Numbered from the stretch's first letter, positions 47,739-58,557 are shown. The stretch: 64,000 bases of DNA from Nautiliaceae bacterium (GCA_039831155.1 JBDONT010000041.1:1-64000); one strand, 5' to 3'. Notes: generated by a model not told the origin, from the letters alone. Numbers and translations: made by a program.

Positions 47739-48793
47739 TGGCTGATGATATGGAAAAAACCGAAGAGCCCACCTCCAAAAAGCTAGAAGACGCCCGGAAA
47801 GAGGGAAATGTCCCCAAATCTATGGATACGACCGGATTTGTGGTTTTACTGATAGGAATTTTGATTTTAATTTTTTATTTAAAATATGTGGTTCATTATT
47901 TGGAGAGGTTTTATAGGTATTATGTCTCTTTTATAGGAATTGAGCTAACTAAAAACATAATTTTTGAAATTTTATTAAATACGGCTTTTAACGTCATTAT
48001 TCTTTTGGCTCCTATTTTAGGGGCGGTTTTGTTAGCCGGGGTTATAGGGAATGTGATGCAGTTTGGATTTTTGTTTACTACAAAGCCTATAATGCCTAAG
48101 TTTGACAAGATTAATCCCATTAAAGGGTTAAAAAGAATTTTTTCTATGAAAACGGTTGTTGAAGGAATAAAGATTACTTTAAAAGTGGCGGTGGCTTTTG
48201 GAGTCGGGGGGTGGCTTTTTTTTAAGTTTTTTTTGGAAATTCCAAAACTTGAACTTATGAGCTTTTATGAACAGATTAAATGGTTTGAGAATAAGGCTTT
48301 AATTATAATATTTTCTATGTTGGCTGTTTTTTTGGTATTTGCGACACTTGATTTTATTTATCAAAGATACAGTTATAAAAAATCTCTTCGTATGAGTAAG
48401 CAAGAGATAAAAGACGAATATAAACAAACCGAAGGTAACCCGGAAATTAAAGCCAAAATAAGACAACTTCAAAGAGAAATGGCTAAAAAAAGAATGATGA
48501 GCGAAATTCCAAAAGCCGATGTCGTAATTACAAACCCGACTCACTATGCAGTTGCAGTAAGATACGATAAAACAAAAGACGAAGCCCCAAGAGTAATTGC
48601 AAAGGGTGTGGATAATCTGGCTTTAAAAATTAAAGAGATAGCAAGAGAACACGATATTATGATAGTTGAAAATCCTCCTTTAGCAAGAGAACTTTATAAA
48701 TTGGTGGATGTGGATGAGGTTATTCCTCAAAAATTATATAAAGCGGTAGCCGAAATTTTAGCTTACGTATATAGAGCAAAAGGCAAGGTTTAG
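47738..48793 (+). CDS. flhB: Flagellar export protein FlhB
   Basis: EKTEEPT..K..AR.EG.V.KS, INP..G, MS..EIK.E.K..EG.P, NPTH autocleavage site. Confidence 0.97.
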   Translation: MADDMEKTEEPTSKKLEDARKEGNVPKSMDTTGFVVLLIGILILIFYLKYVVHYLERFYRYYVSFIGIELTKNIIFEILLNTAFNVIILLAPILGAVLLAGVIGNVMQFGFLFTTKPIMPKFDKINPIKGLKRIFSMKTVVEGIKITLKVAVAFGVGGWLFFKFFLEIPKLELMSFYEQIKWFENKALIIIFSMLAVFLVFATLDFIYQRYSYKKSLRMSKQEIKDEYKQTEGNPEIKAKIRQLQREMAKKRMMSEIPKADVVITNPTHYAVAVRYDKTKDEAPRVIAKGVDNLALKIKEIAREHDIMIVENPPLARELYKLVDVDEVIPQKLYKAVAEILAYVYRAKGKV

Positions 48794-48820
48794 TTATAAT
48801 TTCAATAAAAAGGCTTGAGA

Positions 48821-49771
48821 ATGGATATTTATAAACAGATTTGGAATGAGATTGAAAAAGCCGATAATATTATGCTTATAGCTCATATAAATCCGGACGG
48901 GGATGCTTTGGGGAGCAGTTTGAGTCTTTATCCTATTTTGAAAAAAATGGGTAAAAAAGTAACTGTTTTTAACTCCACAAAACCTTTGCCGGATTATTTG
49001 GATTTTTTGCCTAATTTTAATAAAGTAACCGATAAATTAACTAAAAAAATAGACTTGACAATATCTTTTGACTGTGGAAGTTTTGATAGATTGGGACTTA
49101 AAGAGAAACCCTCTTTTTTAATTAATATAGACCATCATATTTCAAATACCAAGTACGGAGATATCAATCTTATAGAGCCTAATTATGCTTCAACTTCTCA
49201 AGTTGTTTATGATTTGTTAAAAGCTAATAATGTAGAAATTTTAAAAGAGAGTGCGATTTGTATTTATACGGCTCTTGTAACGGATACGGGGAGTTTTCAG
49301 TATGAGAGTGTAAACGATAAAGTGTTTGAATGTGCGGCTGATTTGGTAAGATGTGGAGTTAAGCCGGATTATATTTCTAAAATGCTTTTCCAAAGAGACA
49401 GACTCTCGCGTCTTAGACTACTTGCAAAAGCTTATGAGACTATACAGATGTGTTGTGAAGGGAGAGTAGCTTTTGTGGAAGTGACTCGTGAGATGATGGA
49501 AATAACCGGAGCTATAAAAGAAGATACCGATACTATCGTAAACAGTGTGAGGGCTTTGGCTACTGTGGAAGTTGCCGTAATGCTTAGAGAAGATGAAGAG
49601 GGTATAAAAATAAGTCTAAGAAGTAAAAATTGTTCCGATGTCAGTAAAGTTGCCGTAAAATACGGAGGAGGTGGACATATAAGAGCTGCCGGTGCTACTT
49701 TAAAAGGGGAGTTTGATTTTGAAAAAGTAAAAGAGATGTTGAAAAAAGATTTAAAAGAGATTCTTTGTTAA
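48821..49771 (+). CDS. nrnA: DHH/DHHA1 phosphoesterase (NrnA-like nanoRNase/pAp phosphatase)
   Basis: H.NPDGD, IDHH, TDTGSF, SLRS, GGGGH..AAG. Confidence 0.88.
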   Translation: MDIYKQIWNEIEKADNIMLIAHINPDGDALGSSLSLYPILKKMGKKVTVFNSTKPLPDYLDFLPNFNKVTDKLTKKIDLTISFDCGSFDRLGLKEKPSFLINIDHHISNTKYGDINLIEPNYASTSQVVYDLLKANNVEILKESAICIYTALVTDTGSFQYESVNDKVFECAADLVRCGVKPDYISKMLFQRDRLSRLRLLAKAYETIQMCCEGRVAFVEVTREMMEITGAIKEDTDTIVNSVRALATVEVAVMLREDEEGIKISLRSKNCSDVSKVAVKYGGGGHIRAAGATLKGEFDFEKVKEMLKKDLKEILC

Positions 49772-49817
49772 CTTCCAATTAACTCCTCTTTTATAGAATT
49801 TTGAAAAAAGGAAACAG

Positions 49818-51146
49818 ATGAAAAAGTTGTGGATTTTAATTTTACTTGCTATTGCAGGGGGTGTGGGGTTTGTATATTTTTCGCCTATGTTCGAAAAAAC
49901 ACCACCTACTATAGAAATTGAAACAAACGGGTTTAGCAATTTAAAAAAGCCTCTTAAAATTATTTTAAAAGACGATTCGGGAATTAAGTATTATAGAATT
50001 ACTATGATAGGCGGTAATAATGTAACCGAACTTGCTACTATGACAAATCCGTCTATGGGTAAAGAAGTCGTTTTAGGGGTAAAACTCCCTAAAACAAACG
50101 CAAAAGAGATAAAAATAAACGTAGTGGCTGTGGATAATTCTAAATGGCACTTTTTTGCCGGTAATGAAGCTAGTAAAAGTGTGGTTTTAAAAGTTGACAC
50201 AGAACCTCCTACTACCGAAATTATAAACAACTCTTATGCGATAGGAAAAGGTGGGAGTGCGGCTGCAGTCGTAAAAGTCAGTGATGAAAATTTAAAAGAC
50301 GCTTATGTACTTGTAAATGGAAAATATAAATTTAAACTGACCCCTTTTGTGAAGAAAAACTATTACGTAACGCTTCTTGCGTGGCCTATTTACGAAAACT
50401 CTTTTGATGCCGAACTTGTAGCAGAAGATATGGCTGGTAATGTTGTAAAAGAGCATATTCCGTATTACTGGAGAAAATATAAATACCCTAAAGCTAAAAT
50501 TAAGCTTAGTGACAGATTTATTAAAAATGTTGCTGTGAGAGTGCTTGAAAAGATGAATTTAAGTGTACCAAGCGATCCGGTTGAAATATTTAAAAAAGTA
50601 AATGAATACGTAAGAAGTTTAAATGAAAAAGAGATTCACGATATTACGAGTAAAGTGTATGAAGATAAAATAAATTACTTTTCTCTTGCCAGATTTAATC
50701 CTCTTCCCGGGAGTGCCGTTAGGGCTTATTTTGGGGAAAAGAGAACGTATTATTATCATAACGAAGCTATTTCAAAAGCCATTCATAAGGGAATAGATTT
50801 GGCAAAAATTAAAAGGGCTAAAATTTATTCGAGCAATTACGGAAAAGTGGTAAGTGCTAAATATATAGGAATATACGGGAATACTTTGATTGTGTATCAT
50901 AAACTTGGTCTTTATACGCTTTATGGTCATACGTCGGTATTTAAGGTTAAAATGGGAGATAGGGTAAGAAGAGGCGAAGTAATAGCCAGAACCGGTTCGA
51001 CGGGGGCAGTATTCGGTGACCATTTGCATTTTGGGGTTTATATCCAAGGATATGCCGTAAATCCTAAGGAGTGGATGGATTCTCACTGGATAAAAGTAAA
51101 TATTACGAATATTATAAACTCTTCAAAAAGGATTATCAATAAATGA
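49818..51146 (+). CDS. M23 family metallopeptidase
   Basis: N-terminal anchor, HKGIDLA, YGN, LYGH, HLHF. Confidence 0.9.
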   Translation: MKKLWILILLAIAGGVGFVYFSPMFEKTPPTIEIETNGFSNLKKPLKIILKDDSGIKYYRITMIGGNNVTELATMTNPSMGKEVVLGVKLPKTNAKEIKINVVAVDNSKWHFFAGNEASKSVVLKVDTEPPTTEIINNSYAIGKGGSAAAVVKVSDENLKDAYVLVNGKYKFKLTPFVKKNYYVTLLAWPIYENSFDAELVAEDMAGNVVKEHIPYYWRKYKYPKAKIKLSDRFIKNVAVRVLEKMNLSVPSDPVEIFKKVNEYVRSLNEKEIHDITSKVYEDKINYFSLARFNPLPGSAVRAYFGEKRTYYYHNEAISKAIHKGIDLAKIKRAKIYSSNYGKVVSAKYIGIYGNTLIVYHKLGLYTLYGHTSVFKVKMGDRVRRGEVIARTGSTGAVFGDHLHFGVYIQGYAVNPKEWMDSHWIKVNITNIINSSKRIINK

Positions 51147-51670
51147 GGCAAAAGAGTATAAGAGTTTTTGAAGTTGACGATTTTGAACGTTTAAAAAGCG
51201 TAGTTGAATCTAAATACGAACTTCTCAAAAATCACTTTTTTTTGTTAAAGGAAAGAAACAGGGAAATTGAAGAGTTTTTAAAAGAAAAAGGACTCAAGTT
51301 TTTAATCGTAAACGAAGAAGGTTTTACTCCTTGTAAGGAAATAACGCCTCAAATTAAAGTAATTGAAAAAGAAATAATTAGGGAAGTAAAAAAAGAGACC
51401 GTTATTTATGATAAAATAATACGTAGTGGTGAAGAGATAAAAAGCGATAATAATTTAATTTTTTTAAACAGAATAAACGCCGGTGCAAAAATTATATGCA
51501 GTGGGAATGTGGAAATTTATGCGGAGTGTGAAGGCTTTGTAGATTGCAAAGGCGATGTTTTGATTGTAAAGAAAAATCAAAAAGGTACGATTTTTTTTAA
51601 AGGAGAAGAGATTAAAGAAGTTGAAAAACTGACGCTTTTTACTAAAAATTTTAAGAAGGTTTTACAATGA
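51143..51670 (+). CDS. minC: Septum site-determining protein MinC
   Basis: IRSGEEI...IN.GA.I...GNV C-terminal beta-helix; position before lpxC as in Helicobacter. Confidence 0.8.
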   Translation: MRQKSIRVFEVDDFERLKSVVESKYELLKNHFFLLKERNREIEEFLKEKGLKFLIVNEEGFTPCKEITPQIKVIEKEIIREVKKETVIYDKIIRSGEEIKSDNNLIFLNRINAGAKIICSGNVEIYAECEGFVDCKGDVLIVKKNQKGTIFFKGEEIKEVEKLTLFTKNFKKVLQ

Positions 51671-52545
51671 AGCAAAGAACTATAAAAAAACCGGTTGAGG
51701 CTAGAGGAATAGGATTACATAAAGGTTTACCGGTAAAATTGAGACTTGAGCCGATGGCGGAAAACAGCGGGATAGTTTTTTATAGAAGCGATAAGGGAGT
51801 TACTATTCCTTTGAGTCCGGAGTATGTAGTGGATACCAAAATGGCTACCGTAATAGGAAAAGACGGAGTTGTAGTATCTACTATAGAACATTTAATGAGT
51901 GCCGTTTACGCTTTTGGAATTGATAATTTAAGAATTGTCGTAGATAATGATGAAATTCCTATAATGGATGGAAGTGCCATTAGTTTCGTAATGATGATAG
52001 AAGAGGCGGGAATAGAAGAGTTAAATGCTCCTAAAAAATTTATTAAAATTACTAAAGAGGTAAAAATTGAAGAGAAAGAAAAATTTGCCGTTTTAAAACC
52101 TAGCGAAGATATCAGTTTTGAATTTGAAATTAACTTTGCCCATCCGGCTATAGGTAATCAAAAATATCTTTTTGATTTTTCCACTCAAAACTATATTGAC
52201 GAAATAGCCAGGGCTAGGACGTTTGGGTTTTTAAAAGAAGTTCAGTATTTAAGAAGTATAGGACTAGCCCTTGGCGGCAGTCTTGATAACGCTATAGTAC
52301 TTGATGATAAAGGTATTTTAAACGACTCTTTAAGATTTCCGGATGAGTTTGTAAGACATAAAATTTTAGACGCTATCGGGGATATGAGTTTAATGGGAGC
52401 TAATTTTATAGGAGAGTATAAAGCCTTTGCAAGCGGACATCATTTAAATCATCTTTTAACGAAAAAAGTTGTGGAAGAAAATGCTTATGAGATAGTTACT
52501 TTTGAAAAAGAAGGAGAAAAAGCTCTTGCAAAAGCCTTTAGTTGA
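51667..52545 (+). CDS. lpxC: UDP-3-O-acyl-N-acetylglucosamine deacetylase
   Basis: QRTI, GIGLH.G, TIEHLMSA, DGSA, ARTFGF, HKILDAIGD. Confidence 0.97.
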   Translation: MKQRTIKKPVEARGIGLHKGLPVKLRLEPMAENSGIVFYRSDKGVTIPLSPEYVVDTKMATVIGKDGVVVSTIEHLMSAVYAFGIDNLRIVVDNDEIPIMDGSAISFVMMIEEAGIEELNAPKKFIKITKEVKIEEKEKFAVLKPSEDISFEFEINFAHPAIGNQKYLFDFSTQNYIDEIARARTFGFLKEVQYLRSIGLALGGSLDNAIVLDDKGILNDSLRFPDEFVRHKILDAIGDMSLMGANFIGEYKAFASGHHLNHLLTKKVVEENAYEIVTFEKEGEKALAKAFS

Positions 52546-52981
52546 TGTGGTTGTAATTCCTATTTCAAAGCCTTTTTTACTGGGGGTTTATAAAGATAAT
52601 AAACTTATAAAAAAAATTGAAAAAGAAGGAATGACAAGCGATTTGTTACCGGAGATTTTTGATTCTCTTTTAAAAGAGTTTAATATTAAGTCGATTATTT
52701 ACGCAAAAGGTCCCGGAAGTTATATGGCGATAAAACTTGCTTATGTCTTTTTTAAGACGTTACAAATAGTAAAAGGAATTAAATTGTTTGCAGTTGAGGG
52801 GTTTTATTTTAATAAAAATAGTCCTATTAAAGCTGCCGGGAGTAGTTATTTTGTTAAAAAAGAGGGTATAATTACACTTAGTAAAAATGAAAAAGAGGGT
52901 GTTTTTTCTCTTCCGGATAAGTTGAATTTTGATGATTTTAGCGAAGATGTAGAACCTCTTTATATATTAAAAGCAGTATAA
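52526..52981 (+). CDS. TsaB-like (glycoprotease family) protein
   Basis: GPGSYMAIK, P.Y C-terminus; conserved lpxC-thrB position; TTG 52526 after SD AAGGAG preferred to 52502. Confidence 0.7.
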   Translation: MQKPLVDVVVIPISKPFLLGVYKDNKLIKKIEKEGMTSDLLPEIFDSLLKEFNIKSIIYAKGPGSYMAIKLAYVFFKTLQIVKGIKLFAVEGFYFNKNSPIKAAGSSYFVKKEGIITLSKNEKEGVFSLPDKLNFDDFSEDVEPLYILKAV

Positions 52982-52989
52982 GGGTGTAA

Positions 52990-53871
52990 ATGGTTATAAC
53001 AGTTCCGGCAACAAGTGCTAATTTGGGTTCAGGATTTGATACGTTAGGTCTTGCGATTAATTTAAGAAATGAAATAGAAATAACTCCTAGCGAATATACC
53101 AGTATAGAGATTTACGGAGAAAATGCCGATTATTTAAGAACCTTAAAAAGAAACTATTTTGTGGAGATTTTTAACGAACATTATAGAAATTTAACCGGTA
53201 AAGAGGGTAAATTTAAATTTAAATTTAATAATAAAATTCCTCTCTCTCGTGGTCTTGGGAGTTCGTCAGCCGTTATTATAGCTGCAATTACGGCTGCTTA
53301 TGATGCTGCTCAAGTACCTTATAAAAAGGACAGAATTATTAACCTTGCACTTGCTTATGAGCCTCATCCGGATAATATTACACCGGCGGCTCTTGGGGGA
53401 TTTTGTGTGGCGAAACTTAAAAAAAACCGTGTCTATTTTTTAAAAAAATTTATTCCTACATATTTAAGAGCCGTAATAGTTATTCCTAATAAAACCATTT
53501 CCACTCAAAAAAGCCGTACGGCTTTAAAAACCCATTACTCATTAAAAGATATAGTTACGAATATTTCAAGTTCTTCTATGATTACGGCGGCTTTTTTTAG
53601 TGAAAAGTTCGATATTTTAAGAAATGTAGTCGAAGATAAGATTCATCAGGAAAACAGAATGAAAGCAGTACCGGAACTGTTTAGAGTAAGGGAAATTGCC
53701 CTTAGAGAGGGGGCTTTGATGTCTACTCTTAGTGGAAGTGGGTCTACGTTTTTTAACCTGGCTTATAAAGACGACGCTTATAGTATTTATAATGTGCTTA
53801 GGGATAATTTTAAAGATTTTAACGTAAAAATACTTCAATTTGACAATGTGGGAGTAAAAGTATACAATTAA
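52990..53871 (+). CDS. thrB: Homoserine kinase
   Basis: PATSANLG.GFD.LG, IPLSRGLGSSS, HPDN, SGSGST. Confidence 0.96.
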   Translation: MVITVPATSANLGSGFDTLGLAINLRNEIEITPSEYTSIEIYGENADYLRTLKRNYFVEIFNEHYRNLTGKEGKFKFKFNNKIPLSRGLGSSSAVIIAAITAAYDAAQVPYKKDRIINLALAYEPHPDNITPAALGGFCVAKLKKNRVYFLKKFIPTYLRAVIVIPNKTISTQKSRTALKTHYSLKDIVTNISSSSMITAAFFSEKFDILRNVVEDKIHQENRMKAVPELFRVREIALREGALMSTLSGSGSTFFNLAYKDDAYSIYNVLRDNFKDFNVKILQFDNVGVKVYN

Positions 53872-53895
53872 AAGTGGAAAGTGGAAAATGGAAAA
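53871..53895 (+). repeat. Heptamer tandem repeat AAA(G/A)TGG x3.5, left arm of an inverted pair
   Basis: AAAGTGG AAAGTGG AAAATGG AAAA, includes the ylxR ATG. Confidence 0.8.
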
Positions 53896-54136
53896 ACATA
53901 AGCCTATTAGAATGTGTGTGGTTTGCAGAAAAAGATTTTTTCAATCGGAACTTAATAGGCTGCAGTGTGAAAACTCTAAATTGATAAAGTTTAGAGGGAG
54001 TGGAAGAAGTTTTTATGTGTGTAAAAATTGCGTTTCTCATAAAAAGTTTATTCAATATATCTCTAAAAAGTGTAATTTTTCAAAAGAGAATGCAAAAGAA
54101 CAAATTTTCCATTTTCCATTTTCCATTATAAATTAA
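53888..54136 (+). CDS. YlxR/DUF448 family RNA-binding protein
   Basis: P.RMCVVCR, L.R, GRSFYVC..C; precedes infB. Confidence 0.85.
   Translation: MEKHKPIRMCVVCRKRFFQSELNRLQCENSKLIKFRGSGRSFYVCKNCVSHKKFIQYISKKCNFSKENAKEQIFHFPFSIIN
54105..54127 (+). repeat. Heptamer tandem repeat TTTTCCA x3, right arm of the inverted pair
   Basis: TTTTCCA TTTTCCA TTTTCCA TT, reverse complement of 53873-53895 apart from two G:U positions. Confidence 0.8.
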
Positions 54137-54149
54137 AAAAGGAGTTTAC

Positions 54150-56588
54150 TTGAAAATAAAAGTATCAGAGGTAGCAAGAGAATTAGGATTAAAAGCGAAA
54201 GAGGTTGTTGAAATTGCAAAAGAGATAGGAATTGAAGCTAAAGTAAGAGGTGAAATTACAGCTATGGAAGCTGCAAAAATTCAGGAACATTTCTTAAATG
54301 TAGGTAAGAAAAAAGAAGAAAAAAAAGAGGTAAAAGAGGAGAAGCCACAACAAGTAAAAAAAGAGGAAAAACCAAGACGCAGAAGAAGAAACTCTTTTAA
54401 TGATTTAGTAAACAGAACTCAAGGTAGCATTAAAGTAGTTAAAAAAGCGGAACCTAAAGTGGAAAAGGTTGAAAAAGAACCGGAAATTAAAGAAAAAGTT
54501 AAAGAAGAGAAGCCAAAACCAAAAGTTCAAAAACCTAAAAAACCACAACCGGCTAAAAAAAGAGAGGAAAAAGAACTTCAAATAAATGTAGATTTGGCTG
54601 AAATGGATGTAATTGAAGAAAATCAAGTGGAACTTTTGGATTTGTATTTTAATGACGTAAACCTTAAAAATGATGAAGAGCTTGAAGAAAAAGCGAAAAC
54701 AAAAACTCAAGCCCAAAAACAGAAAAAACAACCTCCAAAAAGAAGAAAACCTAGTGAAAACAATATTACAAAAGAGGTAGCTAAAAAGAAAAAGAAAAAA
54801 AAGAAAAAAGAAGCTGAAGTTAAAACGGTAAAAATTCCTAAAGAAGTAAGGGTTTATGAGTTTGCAGAAGCTATTAATAAACCTCTTGAAAAAGTGATTG
54901 AAGCTTTAAGAGAACTTGGAGAAGAGAGAGATAAAAACGACTTTTTAGGTGAAGAGTATATCGAAACTTTGGCTGAAGAGTTTGGGGTTGATGTAGAAAT
55001 TTATGACCCTCTGGCTGAATTTGATTACGTTAAAAAATATGATTCTATTAAAGACGATGAAAAAGATTTGGTTGAAAGACCACCTATTGTTACTATTATG
55101 GGACATGTTGACCACGGTAAAACAAGTCTGCTTGATAAAATCAGAAATTCTCGCGTAGCAGCAAAAGAAGCCGGTGGAATTACTCAACATATTGGTGCTT
55201 ATATGGTTGAAAAAGACGGTAAGAAAATTACGTTTATCGATACCCCGGGACACGAAGCGTTTACGGAAATGAGAGCAAGAGGAGCTCAAGTTACGGATAT
55301 AGCTATTATTGTTGTAGCCGCAGATGACGGTGTAATGCCTCAAACAAGAGAAGCGATAGCTCACGCACAGGCTGCAAACGTACCGTTTATTATTGCAGTA
55401 AATAAGATAGATAAACCTCAAGCAAATCCGGATTTAGTAAAATCTCAACTTGCAGAAATGGGTATTACTCCGGTTGAATGGGGTGGAGATTATGAGTTTG
55501 TAAACGTTTCTGCAAAAACCGGCGAAGGAATAGACGATTTACTTGAGACTATTTTACTTCAAGCTGAAATGATGGAATTAAAAGCAAACCCGAAAAGAAA
55601 AGCAAAAGCCGTTGTTATTGAAAGTAGAGTTGAAAAAGGGAAAGGACCGGTTGCGACTATTATCGTTAAAAACGGAACCCTTAAAAAATCAGACAGTTTT
55701 GTATGTGGTAAAACATACGGAAGAGTAAGACTTATCATTGACGACCTTGGTAAACAGAAAAAAGAGGTGCTTCCTGGTGAGCCGGCAGAAATTACGGGAT
55801 TTGATGAAGTACCGATGGCGGGGGATGTTTTAGTTGCAGTAGATAGCGATAAAGTAGCTAAAGAAACGGCCGAAAAATGGAAAGAGTTCCTAGAACAAAG
55901 AGAAAAATCGAAATCTACAAAAGCGACTCTTGAAGATTTACAAAAAATGATACTAGAAGGTGAGCTTAAAAAACTTCCGGTAATTATAAAAGCCGATACT
56001 CAAGGAAGTGTGGAGGCTATTAAAGGTAGTCTTGCTAAACTTAAAAATGATGAGGTTAAAGTGGATGTTATTCACAGTGATGTAGGGGCAATTACTGAAA
56101 ATGACGTAATACTAGCAAAAGCAACGGAACCTCACGCAATTATTTTAGGATTTAACGTACGTCCTACGAGTCAAGCTAAAAACAAAGCAAAACAAGAGGG
56201 AATAGAAATTAGAACCTATTCGATTATTTATGATTTAATTGATGATGTAAAAGAACTTTTATCGGGTCTAATGACACCGAAAATTAAAGAAGAAGTTACG
56301 GCTACCGTAGAAGTTAGAGACGTATTTAACGTACCTCGTGTCGGAACCGTTGCCGGATGTTACGTACAAGACGGTGTTGTTCACAGGGGAGATTATGTAC
56401 GTGTAATTAGAGACGGAGTTGTAATTTACGATAGCAAACTAGCTTCACTTAAAAGATTTAAAGACGACGTTAAAGAAGTCGGTAAAGGTTTTGAGTGTGG
56501 TATTATGGTAGAAGGATATAACGACGTAAAAGTTGGAGATATTTTAGAGACTTACCAAAAAATAGAAGAAAAAGCTAAGTTTGAATAA
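54150..56588 (+). CDS. infB: Translation initiation factor IF-2
   Basis: [44 protein letters not shown]. Confidence 0.98.
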   Translation: MKIKVSEVARELGLKAKEVVEIAKEIGIEAKVRGEITAMEAAKIQEHFLNVGKKKEEKKEVKEEKPQQVKKEEKPRRRRRNSFNDLVNRTQGSIKVVKKAEPKVEKVEKEPEIKEKVKEEKPKPKVQKPKKPQPAKKREEKELQINVDLAEMDVIEENQVELLDLYFNDVNLKNDEELEEKAKTKTQAQKQKKQPPKRRKPSENNITKEVAKKKKKKKKKEAEVKTVKIPKEVRVYEFAEAINKPLEKVIEALRELGEERDKNDFLGEEYIETLAEEFGVDVEIYDPLAEFDYVKKYDSIKDDEKDLVERPPIVTIMGHVDHGKTSLLDKIRNSRVAAKEAGGITQHIGAYMVEKDGKKITFIDTPGHEAFTEMRARGAQVTDIAIIVVAADDGVMPQTREAIAHAQAANVPFIIAVNKIDKPQANPDLVKSQLAEMGITPVEWGGDYEFVNVSAKTGEGIDDLLETILLQAEMMELKANPKRKAKAVVIESRVEKGKGPVATIIVKNGTLKKSDSFVCGKTYGRVRLIIDDLGKQKKEVLPGEPAEITGFDEVPMAGDVLVAVDSDKVAKETAEKWKEFLEQREKSKSTKATLEDLQKMILEGELKKLPVIIKADTQGSVEAIKGSLAKLKNDEVKVDVIHSDVGAITENDVILAKATEPHAIILGFNVRPTSQAKNKAKQEGIEIRTYSIIYDLIDDVKELLSGLMTPKIKEEVTATVEVRDVFNVPRVGTVAGCYVQDGVVHRGDYVRVIRDGVVIYDSKLASLKRFKDDVKEVGKGFECGIMVEGYNDVKVGDILETYQKIEEKAKFE

Positions 56589-57399
56589 AGATATTATTAG
56601 TAAAGATATAATAAAATCGGTCCTAAAAGAGCTTATAAATACTCTTTTAGGGCTTAAAGTTAATAATATAAATTTGATAGATGAAGAGTTTGAGAGAGTA
56701 GAATCAAGAAGAGCCGATATAGTTGCAGTTGCAGATAATGATAAGATTATTCATATTGAGATTCAATCTGCTTATGATAAGTTGATGCCTCTTCGTATGC
56801 TTAGATATTATAGCGATATAAAAATGAGATTTATAAATTATCCTATTTATCAATATGTTGTTTTTTTAGGTAAAGGAAATTTAAAAAATACTTTAGAAGA
56901 TGTAAAACTTAATTACTCTTTTGAGCTTATTGATATGAAAAAAATAGATTGTGAAGTGTTTTTAGATAAAGATAATCCTAATGATTTAGTGTTGGCGATT
57001 TTATGTGATTTTAAAGGAAAAAATCCGAAAAATGTGGTAGAATATATAATAAATAAACTCATTTCCATAACGGATGAAAGAGGTTTTAAAAAGTATATGT
57101 TAATTTTGGAGGAGTTTAGTTCTTTAAGAGACCTTAGAGAAATTGTGAAGGAGAGGGAAATGTTTATTACTAATAAAGTAAAATTTGAGGATTTACCAAG
57201 TTATGAAATAGGAATGGAAAAAGGATTTCAAGACGGGATGGAAAAAGGAATTGAAAAAGGAATTGAAAAAGGAATTTTAGCTCTTTATAAGATAACCGGG
57301 GATATTTCTTTAATAAAAAAAGAATTAGGAATTGAAGAGAATAAAATTTTTGCAGTTTTGGAAAAAAACGGTATAAAGGTAAAAAATGAAAAGCATTAA
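56581..57399 (+). CDS. Rpn/YhgA-like PD-(D/E)XK nuclease ('putative transposase')
   Basis: RRAD...HIEIQS...MPLRMLRY; C-terminal G(M/I)EKG repeats; inserted between infB and rbfA. Confidence 0.8.
   Translation: MNKDIISKDIIKSVLKELINTLLGLKVNNINLIDEEFERVESRRADIVAVADNDKIIHIEIQSAYDKLMPLRMLRYYSDIKMRFINYPIYQYVVFLGKGNLKNTLEDVKLNYSFELIDMKKIDCEVFLDKDNPNDLVLAILCDFKGKNPKNVVEYIINKLISITDERGFKKYMLILEEFSSLRDLREIVKEREMFITNKVKFEDLPSYEIGMEKGFQDGMEKGIEKGIEKGILALYKITGDISLIKKELGIEENKIFAVLEKNGIKVKNEKH
57160..57399 (+). CDS. Putative internally translated small C-terminal Rpn product (RpnS-like), 79 aa
   Basis: In-frame ATG 57160 with AAGGAG 6 nt upstream, just before the GxEKG repeat region. Confidence 0.5.
   Translation: MFITNKVKFEDLPSYEIGMEKGFQDGMEKGIEKGIEKGILALYKITGDISLIKKELGIEENKIFAVLEKNGIKVKNEKH
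57241..57276 (+). repeat. 12-bp tandem repeat GAAAAAGGAATT x3 (encodes EKGI)
   Basis: Three perfect copies read directly. Confidence 0.9.
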
Positions 57400-57727
57400 A
57401 GTTCAAAGAAAAGAGTCCCTTTTAAAAGAGATAATTCCGGAAGTTTTATCTCAAATGGGGGATAGTAGAATCAGAGGGCTTGGTGTTGTTGATGTAGTTT
57501 GTTCTCGTGACGGAAGCGATGCAAAAGTTTATCTTGAAAAAAGTTATTTTAATGAAAAAGAGCAAAAAGAGTCTCTTAAAAAACTAAAACAAGCCCGTGG
57601 GTATATTCAATCTCAAGTTTTAAAAGCGACTGGGTGGTATAAAGTACCGAATTTAACTTTTACTTTTGATGATTTACTAGAGCACGAAAACAAAATGGAA
57701 GAGTTGTTTGAAAAAATAAAAAAATGA
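57386..57727 (+). CDS. rbfA: Ribosome-binding factor A
   Basis: D.R...L.V..V..S.D...AKVY, A.GYI, P.LTF..D. Confidence 0.9.
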   Translation: MKSIKVQRKESLLKEIIPEVLSQMGDSRIRGLGVVDVVCSRDGSDAKVYLEKSYFNEKEQKESLKKLKQARGYIQSQVLKATGWYKVPNLTFTFDDLLEHENKMEELFEKIKK

Positions 57728-58527
57728 TGTTTGTTACAGACCTTGATAAGACTTTTTTAAGAAGTGATTTGAGTGTTAGTGAATTTAGCAAACAAGTTTG
57801 GAATGGTTTTAAATATCCTATTACAATTGCAACGGCTAGGAGTTATAAAGGAAGTGTAGGACTTTTAAAGGGGTTGGAACTTAAATATCCTTTGATTTTA
57901 CTTGACGGGGCTATGATTGCAAAGCCAGATGGAGAGATTATAGAAATTAATGCTATTGAGAAGTTTCTTGGAGATGAAATTATTTATGAAGTTTATAAAA
58001 ATTTTAAAGATTATCCTTTAATTGTGGGATTTAATGAGATTGGAGATGAGAAGTTTTTGTATCCTAAGGATTTAAATCCTTATCAAAAGCATCTTTTGCA
58101 AAATTATAAAAACGATAGCAGGGTTTTAAATATTGAAAAATTGAAAGCTTTGAATTATAATCTTAAAATGGTGTATCTTGGGGAAAAAGAGTTTCTGGAA
58201 AAAGTGGAAAATTTTATAAAAGATAAGTTTTATGTGGAAACGAAACTCATCGAAGATGCGTACGGACCTTATTATTTTTTAACTATCTTGGATAAAGAAG
58301 CAGACAAAGCAAGCGGGCTTAAACATCTTGAAGAAATTGTGGGAATCGATAAGGAAAAAGTTGTGGTATTTGGGGATAATTTAAATGATATTGGAATGTT
58401 TGAGTGGGCGGGAAAGAGCATAGCCGTAAAAAACGCTCTTGATGAAGTTAAAAAAAAAGCTGATATCGTATTGCCTCATACGAATGATGAGGATGCAGTA
58501 GCAAGATACTTGAGTAAAGTTGTGTAA
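57724..58527 (+). CDS. Cof-type HAD hydrolase
   Basis: DLDKT motif I, ATAR, K..G, FGDNLND..M, N.EDAVA. Confidence 0.9.
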   Translation: MMFVTDLDKTFLRSDLSVSEFSKQVWNGFKYPITIATARSYKGSVGLLKGLELKYPLILLDGAMIAKPDGEIIEINAIEKFLGDEIIYEVYKNFKDYPLIVGFNEIGDEKFLYPKDLNPYQKHLLQNYKNDSRVLNIEKLKALNYNLKMVYLGEKEFLEKVENFIKDKFYVETKLIEDAYGPYYFLTILDKEADKASGLKHLEEIVGIDKEKVVVFGDNLNDIGMFEWAGKSIAVKNALDEVKKKADIVLPHTNDEDAVARYLSKVV

Positions 58528-58557
58528 ATTTGATATAATTAATAAAAAAGGGATTAA

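Noticed and set aside
54783-54809. Frameshift site at the nine-lysine run in infB
   Set aside because: AAG codons interrupt the A run, the frame is intact, and Lys-rich IF-2 N-termini are common.
53871-57276. CRISPR array from the short repeats
   Set aside because: These are 7- and 12-bp tandem units without spacers, and there are no cas genes in the window.
56581-57399. Active IS element
   Set aside because: No terminal inverted repeats or target duplication are visible; the gene overlaps both neighbours, and Rpn proteins are not shown to transpose.
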